Below, in pieces: positions 27,830-33,833 of a stretch of 64,000 bases of DNA. This DNA is from an uncultured virus (IMG/VR IMGVR_UViG_3300030333_004050) (Duplodnaviria > Heunggongvirae > Uroviricota > Caudoviricetes). How positions within the stretch are numbered: the stretch's first letter is position 1; each line of letters starts with the position of its first letter. The notes beneath the pieces are model-generated. The model was not told where the DNA came from. It did not search any database and worked only from the letters and a program-made list of their open reading frames with translations. The translations under genes and the position numbers were made by a program. The stretch lies in IMG/VR virus record IMGVR_UViG_3300030333_004050; one strand, written 5' to 3'.

Positions 27830-28004
27830 ATGTAAGTGGGGGGCGAACTGAACACTCGCCCTCAGAAGATACCGAGAACGCATGAGTCGGTGACGGCAAG
27901 GCCCAATGGCGGGTCGCGTGGGTGTGCAACCTGCGAGCGAGTTAGGACTTCCCTTCGGTATCAAGGCGAAAAGGGAGCAAAAAAACAGAAGCCGCAACAC
28001 TTAC
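27830..28004 (+). ncRNA. Candidate structured ncRNA-B (~175 nt)
   Basis: Terminal stem GTAAGTG/CACTTAC; 23-nt hairpin identical to ncRNA-A; GATACCGA/TCGGTATC stem. Confidence 0.65.
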
Positions 28005-28099
28005 TCCCCCTGCCTTGAGATGTGTTTAGCGACCATCTCTCGTAGGTTGCGCGTCTCCGGCGCGTTAAGACCGCCCTGTTCGGGTGTGTGTTTGGGGGA
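28005..28099 (+). ncRNA. Multibranch structured segment following ncRNA-B
   Basis: TCCCCC/GGGGGA closing stem enclosing three hairpins (GAGATG/CATCTC, GCGCGTC/GGCGCGT, CGCCC/GGGTG); G-U pairs favour the + strand. Confidence 0.45.
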
Positions 28100-28104
28100 T
28101 TCTC

Positions 28105-28145
28105 ATATATCTAAACTCTTATATACCCTAACCCCTTCCCATAGA
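28105..28145 (+). promoter_or_regulatory. Class I promoter cassette driving ncRNA-C
   Basis: TCTTATATACCCTAACCCCTTCCCATAGAATGTAAG identical to 27801-27836. Confidence 0.8.
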
Positions 28146-28204
28146 ATGTAAGGAACGAGTGAGCCGACCACATATCGTGATGACATCGGCCTCGTCTCCT
28201 TACA
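28146..28204 (+). ncRNA. Candidate ncRNA-C (~59-nt bulged hairpin)
   Basis: Nested stems TGTAAGGA/TCCTTACA, ACGAG/CTCGT, GCCGA/TCGGC. Confidence 0.65.
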
Positions 28205-28252
28205 CAACGGTTCAAGCCCCTTATCCAATAACCTCGTATCTATGCGAAGTTT

Positions 28253-28642
28253 ATGGCGGAAAAGGCGGCATTCATGCCCTATTTCGTGGCCCTATTGGTC
28301 GCGCAATCGGGGTGCTTTGGAATGATTCTAACTACGCCAGCCACATACCCAACTTCGATGTTTTTTTGGGAAGACGGCGAATGCTTTTGGCTCAACGGCA
28401 CGATAGAAGACAAGAGGATTCTTCACAACGAAGACGGATTCAACTACCTGTTCCTGGTCAACGGCACGATAAACAACGAGACTCCTTACTTAGCGGAAGT
28501 TGCTGGAGATAGGGTTCTGTATGCAATTTTACCAGTCGGGGCGAATCATGAAGACGAAGTGTGCGATTCAATCACACTACGCGAAGCCTTCACAAACGGC
28601 ACGATTAAACTAATTCATTGGGGTTTGAACCAAGACAGTTAA
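28253..28642 (+). CDS. Hypothetical secreted or membrane protein
   Basis: Hydrophobic N-terminus; several N-x-T sequons. Confidence 0.55.
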   Translation: MAEKAAFMPYFVALLVAQSGCFGMILTTPATYPTSMFFWEDGECFWLNGTIEDKRILHNEDGFNYLFLVNGTINNETPYLAEVAGDRVLYAILPVGANHEDEVCDSITLREAFTNGTIKLIHWGLNQDS

Positions 28643-28668
28643 GAGCCTAATTCGATGGTTGGGTGGTT

Positions 28669-29043
28669 ATGGAAGACCTATCCAGTCTATTGAAAGCCGA
28701 ACTCGTCTCGCTATGCGAGGAAAACGGACTTGCTACTGACGGCAAAAAATCTGTTCTCGTTGAGCGATTGACCGCTCATCTATACCCTTCCGAAGAAGCA
28801 GTTGAGGAAGAAGCAGTTGAGGAAGTCAAGGTGTCAAAGAATAACATGGACCTACCTTCGACTGACCTTGAAGCAATGAGCGTCAAGGACTTCGTCGAAG
28901 CCGCTTACCTTGCTGTCTTAGGACGCGAGGCTGACTTCGCAGGTTCAAGGCACTACCAACAACGCTTAGGCGTCATGGGTAGCATGACCCGCCAGGAAAT
29001 GCTTGACGATTTATTCAACTCAGCCGAATACAAGAGTAAGTGA
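28669..29043 (+). CDS. SAP-domain protein with DUF4214-like C-terminus
   Basis: LLKAELVSLCEENGLATDGKKSVLVERL (SAP); FVEAAYLAVLGREAD-x-x-G-x-x-HY...F-x-S-x-EY. Confidence 0.75.
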   Translation: MEDLSSLLKAELVSLCEENGLATDGKKSVLVERLTAHLYPSEEAVEEEAVEEVKVSKNNMDLPSTDLEAMSVKDFVEAAYLAVLGREADFAGSRHYQQRLGVMGSMTRQEMLDDLFNSAEYKSK

Positions 29044-29083
29044 TATACCCTAACTCTTATATACCCTAAGCCTCTCGCACAGT
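29036..29083 (+). promoter_or_regulatory. Class I promoter cassette driving ncRNA-D
   Basis: Direct repeat of 29193-29240; TTATATA at 29057. Confidence 0.8.
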
Positions 29084-29177
29084 ATAGAGGTAGCCCCGAC
29101 ACCGACACATCATCGTCGGCAGTAAGGACCAATAGGGCGGTTCGGCCGGACTGCGGGTGCAAATCCCGATGCCTCTA
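29084..29177 (+). ncRNA. Candidate tRNA-like ncRNA-D (~94 nt)
   Basis: Acceptor-like stem TAGAGGTA/TGCCTCTA, T-arm CGGG-TGCAAAT-CCCG, GCCC/GGGC D-like stem, no proper anticodon arm. Confidence 0.65.
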
Positions 29178-29192
29178 ACTTCAATTTCAAAG

Positions 29193-29240
29193 GTAAGTGA
29201 TATACCCTAACTCTTATATACCCTAACCCCCTCGCACAGT
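29193..29240 (+). promoter_or_regulatory. Class I promoter cassette driving ncRNA-E
   Basis: Direct repeat of 29036-29083; TTATATA at 29214. Confidence 0.8.
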
Positions 29241-29327
29241 ATAGAGCAAAAGGGCGGAAAAGACTGACTCGGACGGGCCTACTTTGAGAGGACATGGATG
29301 ACACCGCTCGGACCGCCTTTTGCTCTA
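29241..29327 (+). ncRNA. Candidate ncRNA-E (~87 nt)
   Basis: 15-bp terminal stem TAGAGCAAAAGG(G)CGG/CCGCCTTTTGCTCTA with one bulged G. Confidence 0.65.
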
Positions 29328-29351
29328 ACCCACTCTCCAACACAAATCACA

Positions 29352-29362
29352 GTTAATACCCC
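29352..29362 (+). promoter_or_regulatory. Class III promoter
   Basis: GTTAATACCCC, ATG at 29385. Confidence 0.6.
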
Positions 29363-29384
29363 TCTTTGATAGGGCTTTATTCAG

Positions 29385-29732
29385 ATGCCTTACAAAGACC
29401 CCGTAAGGCGCGCTGAATATAACAAAGAATACCAGCGTCATTACTACCACCGCAACAGGAATCTTATTCGTTCCCGCGTCAAATTGCGAAAGAAGCAGTT
29501 GAAAAAGTGGTTCTTAGAATACAAGAAAACTCTCATTTGTGAACAGTGCGGACACGGACACCCACCGTCCGTTCTTGACTTCCACCACAGGGATGAGCAT
29601 ACGAAGTTCATGGCCGTCTCTCAGATGGTGAATGAAGGGTATAGTCGAAAGCGCATCTTAGCAGAAATTGACAAGTGTCAAGTGTTGTGTGCGAATCATC
29701 ACAGGGAACACCACGCAAACCAAAGAAGATAG
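29385..29732 (+). CDS. HNH endonuclease
   Basis: CEQCG...LDFHH...KCQVLCANHHREHH after a basic helical N-terminus. Confidence 0.88.
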   Translation: MPYKDPVRRAEYNKEYQRHYYHRNRNLIRSRVKLRKKQLKKWFLEYKKTLICEQCGHGHPPSVLDFHHRDEHTKFMAVSQMVNEGYSRKRILAEIDKCQVLCANHHREHHANQRR

Positions 29733-29768
29733 AGTAAGTCCTATATAGGCCAAGCCCCTCTTGAGACT

Positions 29769-29978
29769 ATGAGAGCGGCAAGTATCAAACACGCTGAGTG
29801 GGAAATCCTACAACACATTCTGACGAGTATTGACCTAACAGATGTCAAGCGAGACATCGTGACTGACAAACACAGCGAAGACCGCTTCAACAAAGCCTCA
29901 GCCGAAATATGCAAACTATTAGAGAATATGCAAGACCGCAGGGCAAAGCATCTCCCCGAAGGACACGAGGCGTTGTAA
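29769..29978 (+). CDS. Hypothetical protein
   Basis: CTATATAGGC about 28 nt upstream; TAATG coupling to the next gene. Confidence 0.6.
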   Translation: MRAASIKHAEWEILQHILTSIDLTDVKRDIVTDKHSEDRFNKASAEICKLLENMQDRRAKHLPEGHEAL

Positions 29979-30325
29979 TGGGGAGAAGACCGAAAGGCAA
30001 ACCACCTGTCCGACATAAGATAGAGGGAACATGGCCTCGTGAACGAAATATATGTGGTGCTGAGATGCGGGGGTGGCCCGAAAAGTGGGTCGCTACCGAA
30101 GAATGGCTACACGAAATCAAAGCCTGTCCTAAGTGCAAGAAGTTAGACCCGACGCATCAAGGGTGGGATGACCTGCTCAAAGAAAAGTATGGTGAACATT
30201 GGAATAACTATGAGAAGCGTCGAGCAATCATGGAGAAAGAAATCAAACGGGCGCGAGTCGAAAGAAAGGCCAAGCACGAAATCTATCTCAAGGACTATTC
30301 AATTAAACCGAATCGCTATTCGTAG
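29978..30325 (+). CDS. Hypothetical Zn-binding protein
   Basis: H...CG...CPKC. Confidence 0.55.
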   Translation: MGRRPKGKPPVRHKIEGTWPRERNICGAEMRGWPEKWVATEEWLHEIKACPKCKKLDPTHQGWDDLLKEKYGEHWNNYEKRRAIMEKEIKRARVERKAKHEIYLKDYSIKPNRYS

Positions 30326-30328
30326 TGC

Positions 30329-30709
30329 ATGGACTACGGCCGCTACGAGACATTACGGTTAGCATTTCAAAATCCAACATGGTTAGTCCATGTTGATGAA
30401 TGGATTACATTAGCCGCCGAGACGAGTAATTGGATTGATGGAACGGGAACGGGTAGTCCGGCGAAGTATGCGCGCTTGAACTCAGACGACACAGGCATGA
30501 ATCTCCGCACTCTCGCGCCAGGCCATCTCGGTGTCATTAGACCAGGCTGGGGTCAGACTGGCGGTGTCACAACACCCAAACTAACCAGCAGTGGAACTCG
30601 ACTTGATTTGGATTCAACTTCTTATTCTGTTCAAGGTGGGAGTGGAACTTTGCAGTATGCAATGAACAAGAAAACTACGGCGACGCTTAGGTCGAAATAT
30701 GTAGTTTAG
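30329..30709 (+). CDS. Hypothetical protein
   Basis: 126-aa ORF in operon context. Confidence 0.6.
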   Translation: MDYGRYETLRLAFQNPTWLVHVDEWITLAAETSNWIDGTGTGSPAKYARLNSDDTGMNLRTLAPGHLGVIRPGWGQTGGVTTPKLTSSGTRLDLDSTSYSVQGGSGTLQYAMNKKTTATLRSKYVV

Positions 30710-30767
30710 TTCACTCCGTAGGTTTTCTTCCGCATGGTTCTAAAACCCAATCTGACTCGATATTCTC

Positions 30768-32108
30768 ATGGCGAAGCGCAAATCCAAGCAAAAGAAGTCG
30801 AAGAAACTCCGAATCCTATGGGGTTCTGAGCAACCAACCCGTCCTACTGGGTATGGTAAGGTGACAAGAGAGATATGCAAACGCTTAGTTAAGCGCGGTC
30901 ACGAAGTCTATGTCATGGGCTGGGATTACAACGGAGAGGATTTCAAACACGAAGAAGGATGGACGCTCGTCCATGCCGGAATCAATCAATACGGCGGAGA
31001 GAAGGTATCACAGGACGGGAACACCGTAATGGGTGCTACCATTGACCGCCTGCAACCCGATGTTGTATTCACGCTGATTGATGTTTGGTTCTGTGGTAAT
31101 AATGTCGTTGAGACAAACAGAAGGGGTGTGCCTTACATTGCGTATATGCCTGTTGATGGCTACCCACTATCATACAAGTGGAAGGACATCATCAAGATGA
31201 TGCACACACCACTATGGATGGCTAACTACGGTAAGGAACAGATGGAAGGGTTCGTGGACTGGCTATGTTCGGAAGGAACAGCCCCGCAATCCCTACGCGA
31301 CCCCTTAATGGATAGATACCTGGAAGGAAACACTGGGGAAGTCCTGTATCATGGTGTTGACTTGAAGACATACAAACCATTGCCGCCTTCGGAGAAACTG
31401 CTACTTAGACAACGACTGGGTATCACATGGGAAACAGTATTCCTATCCGTAGGAAAGAACACCAATAGGAAGCAACAACCGAGATTACTCGAAGCATTCC
31501 GTTTGATGTTAGAATCGCATCCCGACCCCGACAGTGTAGGGCTGATTATACACTGTGGAAGCCCATCTGACTCCTTCGGAATGGGTGGATGGGATTTACC
31601 CCTACTGGTCGAATCTTTTGGCCTCAAAAACAATGTAATTTTCAGTGACCAATCGGAGAATCCTTTGCAGGGTCTAAGTGAAGACGAAATGGCCGGACTA
31701 TACGGTATCTCGGATGTGCATATACTGGCTACTGGTGGAGAAGGGTTCGGTGTGCCTACTGCTGAGGCAATGGGATGCGGCATACCGTGTATCTTGCCCG
31801 ATAACTCAACTGGACCGGAACTCATCGGTGCTGACGAGGAAAGAGGACTACTGGTCGAATGTTCGACTTTCATTACTGGACCAAAGTGGGGAGTCAACAT
31901 GGGTTTGGTTGATGTCGTGAAGATGTCAGAAGCAATGCTCAAGTTGGCTACTGATAAGGAGTTGCGTAGGGAGAAAGGAAAGGCGGCCAGGAAGTTTGCA
32001 GAACAGAACTTCGACTGGAACGAAATCACTACTCAAGTTGAGAAGATATTGAGAACCGCCGCCGAGACTCCACACCCGTTAGGACATAACTCGGTGGCTC
32101 AATTATGA
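30768..32108 (+). CDS. GT-B glycosyltransferase (GT4-like)
   Basis: PTGYG, HGVD, VGKNTNRK, GEGFGVPTAEAMGCGIP, F-x-W. Confidence 0.9.
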   Translation: MAKRKSKQKKSKKLRILWGSEQPTRPTGYGKVTREICKRLVKRGHEVYVMGWDYNGEDFKHEEGWTLVHAGINQYGGEKVSQDGNTVMGATIDRLQPDVVFTLIDVWFCGNNVVETNRRGVPYIAYMPVDGYPLSYKWKDIIKMMHTPLWMANYGKEQMEGFVDWLCSEGTAPQSLRDPLMDRYLEGNTGEVLYHGVDLKTYKPLPPSEKLLLRQRLGITWETVFLSVGKNTNRKQQPRLLEAFRLMLESHPDPDSVGLIIHCGSPSDSFGMGGWDLPLLVESFGLKNNVIFSDQSENPLQGLSEDEMAGLYGISDVHILATGGEGFGVPTAEAMGCGIPCILPDNSTGPELIGADEERGLLVECSTFITGPKWGVNMGLVDVVKMSEAMLKLATDKELRREKGKAARKFAEQNFDWNEITTQVEKILRTAAETPHPLGHNSVAQL

Positions 32109-32383
32109 AGTGCGGGTGCAAGTGCGCCACGCATGGACGACCGTGTGAAATTGTAGTAGCATACAAGGACGATAGACAAGAAGTAGTTGAGAGACTAAAG
32201 AAGACATCAACGAACAGACACAATCGTTTGTCTAAGCATCTATGCGACCTTTGCATTCGGGAGAGAGACGAGAAGCGCGAGCCTGGCTACTATGCGATAG
32301 ACCCATTCGATAAGAAAGTGAAGCCGCGTATTCTCATCCGTATTCAGACCGAGCGACGCTGGGATAATCGAGGATATTACTGA
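32105..32383 (+). CDS. Small Cys/His-rich protein
   Basis: CGCKC-x-x-H-x-x-x-C...H-x-CDLC. Confidence 0.55.
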   Translation: MKCGCKCATHGRPCEIVVAYKDDRQEVVERLKKTSTNRHNRLSKHLCDLCIRERDEKREPGYYAIDPFDKKVKPRILIRIQTERRWDNRGYY

Positions 32384-32423
32384 TAACCTAAACCTTATAT
32401 AGGCATACCCCTTCCGCTTAAAC
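32381..32423 (+). promoter_or_regulatory. Class I promoter cassette
   Basis: TGATAACCTAAACCTTATATAGGCATACCCC...AAAC-ATG. Confidence 0.8.
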
Positions 32424-32789
32424 ATGAGCAACATAACCAACCCCGAATATGCTTACCAATACACCACGCACTACATGAGCGACTACGACGCTCATTCAGA
32501 CACACTGCACTTACTCCGCAAAGGAACTAATGACGAAGGTCATAGAGTGACTGTTTGCGGCTGTTCCGTAGTTAATGTTGACAACTCATTCAAAGGACCG
32601 CTAACCTGCATCGGTCATGACACACGCTGGGGAGAAATCATTTCTTTCGACGGCTCTAACTACCGCAGTCTCAAAACACTTCATGGCTTTGTTAACCATG
32701 AAGACCGTTGCTCCGCCTGCTTAGAAGTCGCGCTCGGAATTGCACTAATGGAAAGGCAGTATGACGAAAATGGAGTGCCGAACTTCTGA
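32424..32789 (+). CDS. Hypothetical protein (class I cassette cargo)
   Basis: Leaderless ATG 29 nt after TTATATA; H...CGC...CSAC. Confidence 0.7.
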   Translation: MSNITNPEYAYQYTTHYMSDYDAHSDTLHLLRKGTNDEGHRVTVCGCSVVNVDNSFKGPLTCIGHDTRWGEIISFDGSNYRSLKTLHGFVNHEDRCSACLEVALGIALMERQYDENGVPNF

Positions 32790-32816
32790 CCCGTCTCTTT
32801 CTAAGCAACCGCTTTA

Positions 32817-32829
32817 GTTAATACCCCCC
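32817..32829 (+). promoter_or_regulatory. Class III promoter
   Basis: GTTAATACCCCCC, ATG at 32849. Confidence 0.7.
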
Positions 32830-32848
32830 TTTGGGCTGGTTTGGCTCA

Positions 32849-33286
32849 ATGGCCCTACATAGTTTTACAGGTGTCACTGCATCCATCCGCACTTCGGGTG
32901 CTACAACTGGTGCGTTAGTAGGATATGTGAGCGGTGACTTTACTCTTGCCGCCGCTACTGGAAAATACACCGAATTAGGCTCGTCCTATGCAACCGCTAA
33001 CACACGCGGACTAAAGTCCGTCACTGGAAGCCTATCCGCCGCATGGGGATTGAAGGGCGAAGAACTACAATCAATGTTAACCAACGATGAAGAGTTCGAG
33101 ATTCGATTTGCCGCCGCCGGAACACAGGCAGTCGCAACAACAAGCGGAACAGAAGTATTCACACTCTCAAACTGTGTATTAACAGACCTGGCGATAGAAG
33201 GCATGGAAGCCGGAGCAGAAGGACCGTTGCTAATCAACGCGTCTTTTGAAGGCTTGAGTTGGTCCTTTACCGCCGCAGATTCCTGA
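32849..33286 (+). CDS. Major tail (tube) protein
   Basis: Beta-rich ~145 aa (RGLKSVTGSLS) directly upstream of the chaperone and tape measure genes. Confidence 0.7.
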   Translation: MALHSFTGVTASIRTSGATTGALVGYVSGDFTLAAATGKYTELGSSYATANTRGLKSVTGSLSAAWGLKGEELQSMLTNDEEFEIRFAAAGTQAVATTSGTEVFTLSNCVLTDLAIEGMEAGAEGPLLINASFEGLSWSFTAADS

Positions 33287-33290
33287 ATAG

Positions 33291-33617
33291 GTGAATGAAA
33301 TGAGTTGGCTTGACACTGCATTAGAAAAGGCTTCAGAACCAGTAGTTGTGGATGTAAGACCCTTGAACTTAGGGGTTGACGAAATACGGGTATTACCACT
33401 GTCCGTGAACGAATACAATGGCCTCAAGGCCAACCCCGAACTTAGAGGACTAAGTGAGGAAGAAAGAGTCGAAAGACTCGGATTCATGATGGTCTTTGAA
33501 ATGATGTTAAAGTGCGATTCAAGCCTAACTATGGATAAGTTCAACAGGCTTCCTCTAACCTTAATCGGGGAACTAACTCAGTTAATTATGGGGTCGATGA
33601 CAAACCCTTTAGAATGA
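33291..33617 (+). CDS. Tail assembly chaperone (gpG-like)
   Basis: Position between tail tube and tape measure genes; slippery site at the 3' end. Confidence 0.7.
   Translation: MNEMSWLDTALEKASEPVVVDVRPLNLGVDEIRVLPLSVNEYNGLKANPELRGLSEEERVERLGFMMVFEMMLKCDSSLTMDKFNRLPLTLIGELTQLIMGSMTNPLE
33602..33611 (+). other. Programmed -1 frameshift site (A AAC CCT TTA)
   Basis: XXXYYYZ heptamers AAACCCT and CCCTTTA in the correct phase; the -1 frame continues into 33614..33829. Confidence 0.75.
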
Positions 33618-33829
33618 TTGACGAGTATGCCGAGAGTGACGAGGGTCAATTTCTTTTTCATCTCTTTTGCGAATTAGGTATCACTCCGAATGACTGGAGA
33701 AACCTCGACCCGCGCGACGCGCGCTATCTCGTAGCCGCCTATTCGGTGAAAAACCGTCGAGAACACGATTCACATAGGAAGGCGGAGCGTAAAGCAAGAG
33801 CGCAAGAACTAACTCGCGGAAGGAGATGA
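33614..33829 (+). CDS. Tail assembly chaperone gpT-like extension
   Basis: ELGITPNDWRNL motif; -1 frame relative to the upstream chaperone. Confidence 0.7.
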   Translation: MIDEYAESDEGQFLFHLFCELGITPNDWRNLDPRDARYLVAAYSVKNRREHDSHRKAERKARAQELTRGRR

Positions 33830-33833
33830 ATAA

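Noticed and set aside
27830..28004. SRP RNA or RNase P RNA (AAGGGAGCAA and AACAGAAGCCG segments)
   Set aside because: The SRP helix-8 stem cannot form and the RNase P CR-I GGAAAGUCC-type motif is missing. An Rfam search is needed to exclude these formally.
27812..28512. Short ORFs over the RNA-B/C region (27836, 27906, 28159, and minus-strand 27636, 27812)
   Set aside because: None starts at the promoter-defined position, where the sequence is ATG-stop, and the translations show no recognisable protein pattern.
29084..29177. Canonical tRNA gene
   Set aside because: There is no 5-bp stem with 7-nt anticodon loop, the D region is oversized, and I saw no clear bulge-helix-bulge intron. Reported as tRNA-like instead.
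27782..29246. CRISPR or TIGR-like array (repeats with unique intervening sequence; Cas4-like gene in the genome)
   Set aside because: Spacing is irregular (about 157 bp to over 900 bp), the repeats are TATA promoters also found before protein genes, and I saw no cas1/cas2 or Nop-domain gene. The Cas4-like nuclease sits in a replication module.
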